DNA of 64,000 nucleotides from Heteronotia binoei (Eukaryota): NCBI RefSeq assembly GCF_032191835.1, contig NC_083228.1, forward strand, positions 29,016,001 through 29,080,000. The letters run 5' to 3'. Under the pieces are notes generated by a model, which saw only the letters and a list, made by a program, of their open reading frames with translations, was not told the DNA's origin and made no database searches. Shown here in pieces: positions 37,648 through 48,840 of this stretch (the first letter of the stretch is position 1; the number at the start of each line of letters is the position of its first letter). A program made the position numbers and the translations under genes.

Positions 37648-38246
37648 CAGGCATATCAAACATGTGGCCCGGGGACCGAATCAGGCCCCTGGAGTGCTCC
37701 TATCAGCCTCTCAAGCAACTGGCTGTCATCTGCTTCCTTCTGCATAACAGCTTCCTTTGCAAGACTTGCTCAATCGCACAGAAACTACAGAACAAAACCC
37801 CTATTTTCTCAAGTGACTGAGGCGCCTCCTTTGGGGAGGAAGGGGAGGAGGGATAGCTTGCTTTGCCAGGCTCTCCCAATTGCACAGAGAGCTATTGACC
37901 CAAGCCTCTCTTCCTTCTATTGGCTGAGGCTCCTCCCCCTCCTGGTTCCCTGGGGAAGGAAGGAAAGAGCCAGAGCTTCCTTTGCCGAGTTCCCTGGATC
38001 CCATGGGAAAGATACAAAGAAAGCATCTTTAAGACCAATGACTGCTAATATTTAAGCATGTTTTAAGTTTTTTTAAAAACCCTTTAATTGTGTTTGTTTG
38101 TGTCCTTTATAAAGTTTATACTTTGCTACCTAATCTTAAATGGGTACACACATGGCCCGACATGACCTGGTCCAATATGACCTGGTTCGACAAGGTCTCA
38201 TTTATGTCAGATTCGGCCCCCATAACAAATGAGTTTGACACCCCTG
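37648..38246. mobile_element. Non-autonomous hAT element nested in the end of another MITE (~37505-38262)
   Basis: TIRs CAGGCATATCAAAC / GTTTGACACCCCTG. TSD GCTTAGAG / TCTTAAAG. Homolog of 24524-25335. The host MITE is homologous to 43806-44019. Confidence 0.85.
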
Positions 38247-39769
38247 TCTTAAAGGGAGTATTGGTGATCTCCAGTCACAACTTGGAGGTCGGCAATCCTA
38301 AAATGACTGCATATAAAAGTACAGGAGACACTCGTGAGACATGATGGAACGCCAATCTTTCAGCAGTTTAAGTGTTTTCTGAACAGGGAGGGATCCCCTC
38401 AGAATTTGGACATACCCTCCCATCCTACTTTGTGGTGCTTCTGTCAACCCTTTCCTATCTCCCAGCTCTTCCTTTCTTCGTTTCTTGCAAGCATGCGTTG
38501 TAACAGGAAACTTTCCCTTTACAACATGGCCACAGTTTCTGTGAAACCCATCAAGTGTTCCACTCCTCCTTTTGATGTGTGTGTGGGGGTAGCCGGGGAT
38601 TACACTTGGAACGGAACCAGACCAGGTGATACGGCACACTTTATTATTCATTGCACACCTTACAATTTTTTTTTTATAGCATATCTAACCCTTAGTCCAA
38701 AAGTACTAGATTCTCAACATTATTCTGATCTACTTTAACAACCACATAGATCAGACAAAGACAGAACCCTACTGATCACTCAGATTACCACTATACCAAC
38801 CTGAAAGAACTTCACCTGGTATCTATTCTTTGCTTCCCTTCCTCATGGCTTTTATATATTACTGACTGAACACTAAACTTTTGGCAGCCTATGACTGGCC
38901 ACTGCTCAGTGGTCCAAATTTGCGCTCCTTTCCTTTTGCTTAGTCTGGTCAATGTAACCTTCAGATGTTTGTTCAACTTGAGATCTGGGCAATGAATTGT
39001 GGGAGACGAGCAACTGCGATCAAGGGTAATGGAACGCCCAGACTGAGTCTTGCTATTTTCCCTTTTCTCAAAGGTTGTTCATGATGGGAAACAAAATTGG
39101 AAAAGAAAGGGATTTTTTTTTAACAAAGGAAGAAAGAAAAGGGTAGGAGGAACTGGTTTGCGGTTCAGTAGGTCCACCGTGCTTTCTGCTTTGCAGAGCT
39201 TCACAAGCGACACTAGCGTGTGATTTGATTAGGGAAAGCACTTCACTTGCTACTGATTCCAGAATCTATTTGGCTTGCATTTAAGATTATGATGTAAATC
39301 CACTTCAACAGCTAGCAAGAAGCAGAGACTCATCCTCCCTAGATCATTCCCATAAAGCCAAGATCCATGCATTTCCTCTCCTCAAAATAGCTGCCTTTGT
39401 GAATGGGTTAAGAGGAAAAGGAAGAGTGTGGGGTCATCTGGCATCATGGGAAGGGGTAGAAACTGCTATTCACCTTCTGGGAGGGCAGAGGATGTAACTT
39501 TAATTTAGTTGGCAATGCCTTGTGCGGTAGAGATGGTCTGAAGGAAATGAAGTCCACATGACGCAGAAAGGAACTCATATGGGCAACTCTCCTCTGTAGG
39601 GCCAGCTCAAACATTTTGACAATTATGGCGGAAAATCCCCATCCCACTGTTGTCAGCAACATGGTAGAAAGTACTGTCAAATCATCGCCAATTGATGTCA
39701 ACCCCAAAGGGACTTCAAGGCAAAAAATGAGCAGAGGTTGTTTGCCACTTTTATAAGTTCTGCGTAGCA

Positions 39770-40050
39770 ACCCAGGGCTTCCTTGCTAGTCTGCCATCCA
39801 AATACAAACCAGGGCTACCCCTAGCTTAGCTTTAAAATCCAGGGTAGAATTCTAGCAGGATCTCCTTTGCATATTAGGCCACACACCCCTGATGTAGCCA
39901 ATCCTCCAAGAGCTTACAAAGCTCTTTTTTGTAAGCTCTTGGAGGATTGGCTACATCAGGGGTGTGTGGCTAATATGCAAAGGAGCTCCTGCTAGAATTC
40001 AACCCCTGCTAAAATCTAATAATGCTGGGCTAGCCTGGGCCATTCAATGG
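39770..40050 (-). mobile_element. 5S rRNA-derived SINE head interrupted by a MITE
   Basis: Minus strand GATTTTAA-AGCTAAGC-TAGGGG...CCTGGTTTGTATTTGGATGGCAGAC matches the 5S internal control region. Confidence 0.7.
39840..40008. mobile_element. Palindromic hAT-type MITE
   Basis: Whole element is an inverted repeat. TSD TTAAAATC / CTAAAATC. Homolog at 62551-62719. Confidence 0.92.
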
Positions 40051-41469
40051 GTTGTATACAGGCTGAAAATCTTTTCTAGGATCGGCTGTGTCCCCAAGTC
40101 AAACTGTTGAAAAACCTTTGTGTGGAAGCTGCCCATGCTGTTGTGCAAGCAGCTTTTGTGTTGCTGGATCTCACCCTACTCCAGCAATACCTACTGGAAG
40201 CAATTGTACCAGCTGGGTAACTTAGATTGCCCAGCGATCTGAGGGTTCCTAACAGATCATACTGGTGCCTTTTGGAGCTCCATGTTAGCAGAGCCTCATG
40301 ACAGCTGGAGTAACCCAGTGTTTAGGTGACACAGCTGTGAACCAAGAGACCTTGGTTTAAAACTTGTGCCTCCTAGGAATGTATTACACGGCCATAAGCA
40401 AGGTGCACCTTCTCAGCATTCTCCCCCTTTCTGCCACCCAGTCGGCATCATGGGGACAACACCAACCCACCTTGGAGAGCTGTTGGTAGGATTAGTGAGA
40501 TAAGGTGCCTGAAGTACTATAAACAGAAAGAGAAACATAACGAAAAAGACATAATCAGCAGTACTATGGGATCCAGCCACAAAGAAGCAGTTTCCAGATA
40601 ACAGATGGCCTATTTGCATCCCTATACAAAATGATGATTTTCATTTACTGGACCCACTGCTGTTGGGATAGGGATATGCACATTTTTTTTTGTTCCATTG
40701 AATTCCTCCTTAAGTAATTGTGGAAAAAAAATAGTTTCCTCCTGCACAAAACACACCTTTCTATAGAGAGTATTAACAAAACAGAAACATCCAGCAAGTT
40801 CACAAGAGCCATACAGGAGGTGATCAGCAAAGGCAACCTTCTCTGTCATGGCTTTTCCCTCTCCAGCAATTCCCAGCCAGATCACGGCTCTTTCTATGTT
40901 CCCTTCAGCCAGTTTTTGCATCCCCATGAAGTCTTCACCTTCTACGTGGCACTATCATTATTATTATTATTGCTGTTGCTTTTAATTAATGTTGCACCAG
41001 GCCCTGTATAATAAAAGAAAATGGCAAGCTCTCTCACCTCTGGATTACCATCTAAGAAACAATGCATACAATGTATAGGGAGTGGGAGGGGAAAGGAGAA
41101 AATGAAAATAAATAAAACAGTTTTTAAAATGCAGCATAATAGAGGCAAATGGTGCCTGCTGCCAAATACAGAGACTTCTGTCAGGAAAGGAAGAAAAGAG
41201 GTAGGTTTTTAAGGAATGTCTTAAAAGAGAATGTAGCAGCATGGCTTGTATCTTGTGAAAGAAAATAGTTCTAGCATCAGAAGAAGGTGTGTGACTCTGT
41301 GTGTATGAGGGAGATGGAGAGAGAGAGGGCATCAGCGACCAAGTGAAGTCAGAGTTTAACAAGGTTACACTCACCTGTAACTGTTGTTCATTGAGTGCTC
41401 TACTGTGCAGGCACACATGGGACCATACTTGTGTAGAACTTCTGTGGAGATCTTGCTCTTTAAAAGAGA

Positions 41470-41730
41470 ACCAGTTTGGTATAGTGGTTTAGTGTGTGGA
41501 CTCTTATCCTGGAGAACCAGGTCTGATTCCCCACTCCTCCACTTGGGTCAGCCATTGTTCTCACAGAGCTGACCTTGAAAGGGCAGCTTCTGTGAGAGCC
41601 CTCTTGGCCCCACATACCTCACAGGGTGTCTGTTATGGGGGAGGAAGGTATAGGAGATTGTAAACTGCTCTGAGACTGAGATTCAGAGTGAAAGGTGGGG
41701 TATAAATCCAATATCATTATCTTCTTCTTT
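41470..41730 (+). mobile_element. tRNA-derived SINE (Squam3-like)
   Basis: CCAGTTTGGTATAGTGG...GGTCTGATTCCCC...GGGGTATAAATCCAATATC..CTTCTTC. Same subfamily as 30330. Confidence 0.9.
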
Positions 41731-42209
41731 TTAGAAAGTTTGGAGTGCTCAGCCCCATTGCCTCAGGGGATGGCTCCTTCCTGCCCAGCTGACGTGATGG
41801 GGTGAGGCAAGTACTCTTTCTCCCAGTCCCCTGCTTTCTTGCTGCTGTGATAGGACTTCAAGCACATGGTTGTCTAACTGAGCCATTTTTAGGCTGCATT
41901 CAATGCATTTTTTTGAAGAGAGTCAATAAAGTTCGTCTTCCAATCCCCATTTTTGCAGAAATAAAGTAGAGTGAAGAAACAAAATTAAGGTGAAAATGGT
42001 GTGAACTTATATCTCCTTTTTCCTGTACATTGTACTATAAGATTACTTTTATTGGAAATGTCAAATTAAACAGGTATTTTAACAAGAAGATTTACAATAC
42101 AAAATATTAAAATGCTGATGATGTAAGGTTAAGAGATAATAACATGTGACAATTTATGTATTTTAAGAAAGTATAGTAGATGTAGACTTGTATTTTATGA
42201 AAGTATTTT

Positions 42210-43080
42210 ATTTATTTATTTATTTATTTGGGATTTATATCCCGCCCTTCCCACAAGTGGCTCAGGGCGGCTTCCAGTGATAGATCCAACAAAATTACAG
42301 TATTTAAACATATAAAGGGATCAGCATTTAAAACAGATAAAAACAGATAAAACCATGGTTATCAATAAATATTAATAAATATTTCAACTGTATATAAAAG
42401 AAATCCGGCAAGTTACATTAAAATTCTCAAGCTAGGTATAGGCTAGCCGGAAGAGGGTCGTCTTACAGGCCCTGCGGAACTGTACAAGGTCCCGCAGGGC
42501 CCTCACCTCTTCCGGCAGCTGATTCCACCATGTAGGGGCCATAACAGAGAAAGCCCTTTCTCTGGTGGATTTCAAACGGGCTTCCTTCGGCCCAGGGATA
42601 GTAAGGAGATTTTGTGTTCCCGACCTCAGTACTCTCTGGGGAACGTGCGGGGAAAGACGGTCCTTCAGGTAGACAGGTCCCAAGCCATATAGGGCTTTAA
42701 AGGTGATAACCAGCACCTTGTACCGGACTCGGTATATTACTGGAAGCCAGTGCAGGGTCCGAAGACCCGGCTGAATGTGTTCCCACTTTGGGAGACCCAA
42801 TAACAGCCGGGCCGCGGCATTCTGCACCAGCTGCAATTTCCGAGTTCGGGACAGGGGCAGCCCCATGTAGAGGGCATTACAGTAGTCTAACCTCGAGGTG
42901 ACCGTGGCATGGATCACTGTTGCTAGGTCGTCGCGCTCCAAAAAGGGGGCTAAGATGAAAAAACGCGGACTTGGCAGCGGCTGCTATCTGAGCCTCCATC
43001 TTTAAGGAAGGCTCCAACAGCACCCCCAAGCTCCTGACCCTGTCCGCCGCTATCAGCGGCGCACCGTCAAAGGCTGGTAG
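42210..43080 (-). mobile_element. 5'-truncated, relatively young L2-clade LINE
   Basis: Uninterrupted 169-codon ORF2 C-terminus (42432-42941: TSRLDYCNALYMGLP, LQLVQNAAARLL, LHWLPVIYRVRYK). 3' tail GCCGCCCTGAGCC...GGGCGGGATATAAAT...(AAAT)n. Confidence 0.95.
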
Positions 43081-43302
43081 GGGGAGCCTAGATCTTGTAG
43101 ATCAAGATTGACGTGTAACTTTAATTTCTTATCCCTTCTTACCCCCTATCCCCAATTTCCAGAAACTAATAACTTTTTAAAAAAAAGTAAGGGGAAAAGA
43201 GGGGAAAAATCGCAAAAAAGAATTTGCGAGGATCAGAACAGAGCAAAGATGTCCAATCTCCATGGTGATGAAGAAAGGACTGGAGGAAGGAAGGGCTTTT
43301 GT

Positions 43303-43512
43303 GGGAGGGACTGTTGCTCATAGAGCATCTGCTTGGTATGCAGAAGCTCCCAGGTTCAATCCCTGGCATCTCCAGTTTAAAAAAGGTCCTGCAGTAGGTG
43401 ATGTGAAAGAACTCTGCCTGAGACCTTGGAGAGATGCTGCCAGTCTGAGTAGACAATACTGACTTTGATAGACCAAGGTCTGATTCGGTATAAGGCAGTT
43501 TCATGTGTTCAT
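43303..43512 (+). mobile_element. tRNA-derived SINE (second family)
   Basis: GGGAGGGACTGTTGCTCA...CAGGTTCAATCCC...GGTCTGATTCGGTATAAGGCAG. Confidence 0.9.
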
Positions 43513-43555
43513 GGAGTTCTCACTCCACCCTGTCAGGTTTTGGCAGGGTGGGAAG

Positions 43556-43721
43556 CAGGGCTTTTTTTGTAGAAAAAGCCCAGCAGGAACTCATTAGTAT
43601 GCGACGCCACACCATTATTTGCATACTAGGCCATACCTCTGACATCACCATTATTTGCATACTAGGTCACACCTCTGACATCACCATCATTGGCATACCA
43701 GGCCACACCTCTGACATCACC
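43556..43721. repeat. Truncated octamer-family MITE with three tandem 36-bp units
   Basis: Left TIR CAGGGCTTTTTTTGTAG. Unit ACCATTATTTGCATACTAGGCCATACCTCTGACATC x3 at 43611-43718. Confidence 0.85.
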
Positions 43722-43805
43722 AAAAGCGCTATAGTATCTTTTTTGATAAAGATATTCTAGCATTGGAAAAAGTCCACAGATATATAGCCATATACATAGC
43801 CAATT

Positions 43806-44019
43806 CAATGTTGCCTCTAAGCTGCAGAGTCTTATGAGCAAAAATTCTACTTTGTGAGCTACTGGTATTAAAGTTGTGAGCTAATGGCATTAAACTTGTG
43901 AGCTACTGCATAAATTATTGTGCTCTGGGATCATCCTTCCTAAGCTAAAACAAAAATGTGTGAGCTGGAAGCTAAAAATCTGTGAGCTAGCTCACACTAA
44001 CAGCTTAGAGGGAACACTG
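43806..44019. mobile_element. MITE
   Basis: TIRs CAATGTTGCCTCTAAGCTG / CAGCTTAGAGGGAACACTG. Repeated TGTGAGCTA motifs. Inverted homolog at ~37505-37647. Confidence 0.8.
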
Positions 44020-44090
44020 ATAGCCATCCCAGAAAAAAGAACCCAAATTCCAACACACTACTCGATCACATGAGCCAGCATGGTGTAGTG

Positions 44091-44386
44091 CAGGGGTGGC
44101 TAAACTTGCAAACTATTCTATCCCACATAGAATGTCAGATGTTCAAGAGCCGCAAAGCATGAACATCAGATGTTTGAGAGCAGAAGGGAGGAATGAGAGA
44201 GAGGTGGAAAGAAAGCAACTTTAATTTTAAATGCATTTTCTAAGCTGCTGGCTGGCTTGGAGAAGTGATTTAAAGAGAGAAATGCCTTCTCTAAATTGGC
44301 TGACGGGGCAGTGAGGGTTCCAAGAGCCACACAATATTTATGAAAGAGCCACATGTGGCTCCTGAGCCGCAGTTTGGCCACCCCTG
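44091..44386. mobile_element. hAT-type MITE inserted in a SINE A box
   Basis: TIRs CAGGGGTGGCTAAAC / GTTTGGCCACCCCTG. Exact TSD GTGTAGTG (44083-44090 / 44387-44394), preceded by the SINE start GAGCCAGCATG. Confidence 0.92.
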
Positions 44387-44394
44387 GTGTAGTG

Positions 44395-44768
44395 CTTAAA
44401 GAAAGAAAGAGAAGTAAAGCTAATAGAAAGAGAAAAAGACTNNNNNNNNNNNNNNNNNNNNNNNNNNNNNNNNNNNNNNNNNNNNNNNNNNNNNNNNNNN
44501 NNNNNNNNNNNNNNNNNNNNNNNNNNNNNNNNNNNNNNNNNNNNNNNNNNNNNNNNNNNNNNNNNNNNNNNNNNNNNNNNNNNNNNNNNNNNNNNNNNNG
44601 AAAGAGAGAGAAGGAAGGAAGTCTGTGGGAGGGAAATAAGGCAAACAGGGAAAAAGAAATATTGATAGAAAGACTGACAGAAAGGAAGGAAGACTGGGGG
44701 AGTGGAAAATAAAACAAAGGGGAAAAGAAAGACTGACAGAAAAACGAATGAATGAAAGAGGAGGGGAA

Positions 44769-44804
<36 letters not shown>

Positions 44805-44945
44805 GGGACGTGGGAAATAAGGCAAACAGAGAAAAAGAAATATTGACAGAAAGAAAACTGAAAGAAATACAGAAAGAGTGAGAGAGTAGGAAACAAAGCA
44901 AATAGACAGAAAAAGAAAGACAGAATGAATGAGAGAGAGAGAAAC
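44395..44945. repeat. GA-rich low-complexity / (GA)n region containing an assembly gap (N at 44442-44599)
   Basis: Purine-rich run, (AG)n at ~44773-44800, and an internal duplication of GGAAATAAGGCAAACAG.GAAAAAGAAATATTGA. Confidence 0.95.
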
Positions 44946-45105
44946 AAAGCTGCCTGTGATGAGCTGGAACGCTGGCTAAGGCAGCCGGAATGCTGCCATG
45001 CCAGCCAGAGTGGCGTTCCAGTGCGTTCTGGCTCAAAAAAAGCCCTGGTGGGAAGGAGCTGGTCTGTTAAAGAGGAGACTGAGCATGCCAAATTTTCTAG
45101 AGAGC

Positions 45106-46088
45106 TGTGAAGAAGTCCTTATCCAGCTGAGGCTTCTTTCCAGCCCAGGCAGTCGCTTAATACAAACTTTTCTCCTCATGGACCAGCCTGGCCATCTGAC
45201 AGAAATACCCTGAGCAGAAAGTGGCTCACACACAAGTTGTTAATTTTTAAAACCAAAAGAAAGGTTTATTGGTTTTTCAAAGGCAGGGGATGGGAATGTA
45301 TTTACAGAAATAAAGTGAAGGAATAAAGTAAATCAGTGAAGGAATAAAGTAAATCAGTTGGCAGAACTTGACAGTATGCAAAGAAAACCACAGCACTCCC
45401 ACTGTGTACTTATCAAGGCTGGCTGAGCCTTCAAACAAACGAACTGAAGCTTAGGTTATCCTAAGTTTGGATAACCCTAATAAAATCAAAAATCAGCTGT
45501 GCCCAATATAAATTTGGTTGGCACTATACTGTCCCACACACTCAAAGAATTTCAAGCCCTGAGGTACTGGTTATCCCTGAAGGTCCCTCTCAGACCCTTC
45601 TTCCAGACCCCTGGACACTGACTCTCCCTCAGGGTTCTATCACTAACCCACAACTTCAGAGTCAAGCCCCTTTTGTCTGAAGCCTTTGTCTGTCCTGGAT
45701 CTCCCCTCTGATAACCAAACTTCAGTCCCTCAGCTATCAGTGTGTGTATGATATTCTGATTTTACAAAAGAGGCTGACTATTGGTCTGTCAGCACTCCTA
45801 AACCAGAGCTGCCACCAGAGGCTTACTTGGCCTCTAAACAGAAAAATAAAAATCTCCTCAGAACAGAGCCTTATTTGTCACCAGCTCTGTCCCTCACAGC
45901 TCTCAATGCTCAAACAGGTCTTTCTCCTGTCTGTGCAACTCCAGACTGAAGCAAAAAGCCCCTCGTCTCAGCCCTGCCGCCTATTTAAGTCACTTTGGTT
46001 GCTAGGAGGCAGTCCAGCCAATCCCAGTGAGCTTGCTATTTAACTCACTCCAAGCTTGGCTGCATGGACTGTTTTCAAGTCCGTCACA
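45106..46088 (-). mobile_element. Solo LTR (983 bp)
   Basis: Termini TGTGA...TCACA with exact 5-bp TSD AGAGC (45101-45105 / 46089-46093). AATAAA on the minus strand near 45265 suggests minus orientation. Confidence 0.8.
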
Positions 46089-46217
46089 AGAGCTTATAGA
46101 GAAAAAGATTTCCATAGCAGGCCCGCACAAACACAGTCCCTTGTGGGACTGCACAGAAGCCATGAATTAAAACAGGGCAAAGAAGGTAAAATAGAACCAG
46201 AGGAGTAGAAAGAAGGA

Positions 46218-47180
46218 GATACCACTCGCCCCATTAGAGTACAGGTGGCGGAACATTGTTCCTGAGTGAGAATGAAAAATCTTGAAGCTCCGTTAACTAA
46301 TTACTACCTAGAGATGAATCATAGCATTGATGACATGAAATTCATTGTTTCGTTTAAATATTCTGGCCGTATAGATGACTCTGCTAAGAAGTGTCTGCAG
46401 CGGGAAGAAACTTTCTGGTTCTTCCAGTTGCAATCACTGGCCCCCAAAGGGTTAAATAATTGTATTGACTTCTCATGCTATTTATAACATGATGTTCATA
46501 ATTTTTGTAGTAAATAATTTTTTGTAGTAAGTGTTTGCATTGTTTTCCTGGCTTGTTAAATCTCATACAGGTGTGTTGAAAACCTCTTGGTAAATGTACC
46601 TTTAAATATTGCTTGTGGTTTGATGTACGTTGCGGTAATACGCCTTGGGAATGATACTGCGTGCTTGTATTAGCTTCAGTCCTTGCCCTTAAGTGGTGAG
46701 TTTGCAATTATTGCTAACATGAATTTTGTATTTGGAAAAGTAATGTTATTGAAGATGTATATGTTTGCTTTATGTAGCCATTGTGAAATACAACTTTTTG
46801 GATATCCCTCTTTGATAAAGACAGTGGAAACAGTGCGACAAGCGTCCTGCCGGCTCCAGGCTCCGTCAGAGGGATGTCGGGGAATCTTCAGATATATTCC
46901 TTTTGGAAGAAAAATCTGCACAGGCACTTTGACTTACAAGCACTTTGTGGTACTAAGCACTTTAAGCTATTTGTTCTGATGTAATTGTGCTTAGATGCGT
47001 TTTGTAAATGAATTATATGTATTTACCTTAAAATACTAATTGTTGGATTGAATCATGATAATCAAGTACTTTGACATTGCATACATAAATAATTATAAAT
47101 GAACTAATGATTGTATTCGTTATTTTGTCACTGTTTTTCTTTGGGTTCTCATTCTCTCTGTGATTCTCTCTACTGTATTT
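46218..47180 (+). mobile_element. 5'-truncated Penelope-like element: GIY-YIG endonuclease C-terminus plus 3' region
   Basis: Hand translation TTRPIRVQVAEHCS*VRMKNLEAPL...NHSIDDMKF...LQREETFWFFQLQSLAPKGLN matches the Penelope GIY-YIG pattern (R..EH...H....RE.FWI..L.TL.P.GLN). Flanked by a 57/52-bp direct repeat. Confidence 0.85.
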
Positions 47181-48619
47181 CATGAATTAAAACAGGGCAA
47201 AGAAGGTAGAACCAGAGGAGTGGAAGGAAGGATCCGGAGACTTACAAGATATTAGGGAAGTAGGAGAGAAGGGAACTTCCCATACAAAACTCTTTGTATC
47301 TCATTGAGTTTTGGCTCCAAGTCTCAGGCTGCCCATTTCCTGGCTGTTGTCTGTCTGTTCAGCCGTTAATGAAACCAGAGGCTCTTGAGATTAGGTATAT
47401 TCACCAGCTCTTTGAAACAGAGTTCTTTTGGATATTGTTTGTGATGCCCAACAAAGTGTGACTGTGCCATCACCCTAAATGGGGCTCTAGGATCAGAGTT
47501 CTTGTTTGAGGCCAACTACGGCTAGACTTGACTATAGATTAGATTCTCATGTGCCTAGTGGGAAGAAAAGGAAAAAGAAGGGAACAGCTCAGATCTGCAA
47601 GCTGTAAACAGAGAACACGCCTGAGTCTCCAGTCAGTATGTCACCTCAATAATTTAGTGTCCAGAGGGTACAATAATGATCAATAATTCATTGGCAATAA
47701 TGTTCTACAATCTCAAGCTGACAATTTTGTTATTCTGAATGTACACAGCCTTCCTAGGGTGTCGGGTCTTCAAAAGTTTCCTTCACACAACAGGCAAAGC
47801 AGAGCCAGGCAGTCTAGGAATCGTGAACTCACTGACTCAAAAGCAATCCATGGAGTCAGTAGATCACTCAACTAAAGCTTTGCTGGGCTCAATCAACAGA
47901 AGGCACATTTAATTGATAAGGGCAAGTTGTAATTGGTGAGTACAAAATTTCTGTTGCCTTTTCCCAGAGCATATCACCCTTCTGAATTCTTTAAAATTAA
48001 TAAAATAGCTGTAAACTGAAACAATAACACAAAACAATTACGTGCAATTGGGATGGTACACAGGAAAACTAAACTGATACACTAGGCTCCATTTAAAGGA
48101 ATTCCTGTAAAGAGGACATTTCACGTTGCACCATTGTTATGCACTGGATTTCCCTCCCACTTTCCAATTAAAAGAACATTACTTTGGGCCTTCTCTCATC
48201 TCATTCACACAAGTAATATCTGCTGAAGCAGCCATCGCACTGCCTCAGGAGCCATTAAGATGCCATTAATGTTTCCCTTGATGATATATCCTTCTGAGCA
48301 CTTACATGACTGAGCACTTATATGGGGAAGTTTTGCAAACAATGTTATGGACACATAGAAGAAGGAAGAGTTGATTGGACTGGGTGTGCGGTGGAGAGAG
48401 AAATCAGGTGATGGTGGTGTGTTACTTCATGATGGGAAGAAGACACAAAATGCAGAACAGAAACGTAGGGCTTCAGATCATTGTACGCCTGGTTCACCAT
48501 TTTCTACCACATGGTCTTTATTTATTTGTACCAAATAACCCAAAGCAGCCTATAATATTGTTTTCATCTCCCTTTTTTGTTTTGTACTTTTATGTTCATG
48601 TGTGCATGCACTGATGTGT

Positions 48620-48840
48620 GAGTGTGTGCACGCACCTGGAAATCATGGCGACCCTGGGTGACTGACCTCTACTGGGGACATGCAGGGTATTCAGGGAGGT
48701 GGCTGAATAAAGCCTGCCCCCACCTTCAGCCGCTGGCATTCCAAGGAGATCTCCCATCCGGGCACTTGCCAGAGTTGATCCTGCTTAGCTTCTGAGATCT
48801 GACAAGATTGGACTTGCCTGGGCTATCCAGGTTAGGGTGT
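48620..48840 (-). mobile_element. 5S rRNA-derived SINE
   Basis: Minus strand CCAATCTTGTCAGATCTCAGAAGCTAAGCAGGAT...GGATGGGAGATC matches the 5S head, followed by non-5S body. Confidence 0.85.

Noticed and set aside
38492-38625. Plus-strand exon-like segment (MRCNRK...GDYTWNGTRP)
   Set aside because: Mediocre splice sites (AAG acceptor, GTGATA donor), phases with no partner exon, and no homolog recognised.
40413-40927. GPCR pseudogene suggested by LSIERC and LDPIV motifs
   Set aside because: The motifs are isolated short matches separated by stops and frameshifts, with implausible spacing for TM3 to TM7.
43611-43718. CRISPR-like array (36-bp repeats)
   Set aside because: Units are directly adjacent with no unique spacers, derive from a MITE, and lie in a vertebrate genome without cas genes.
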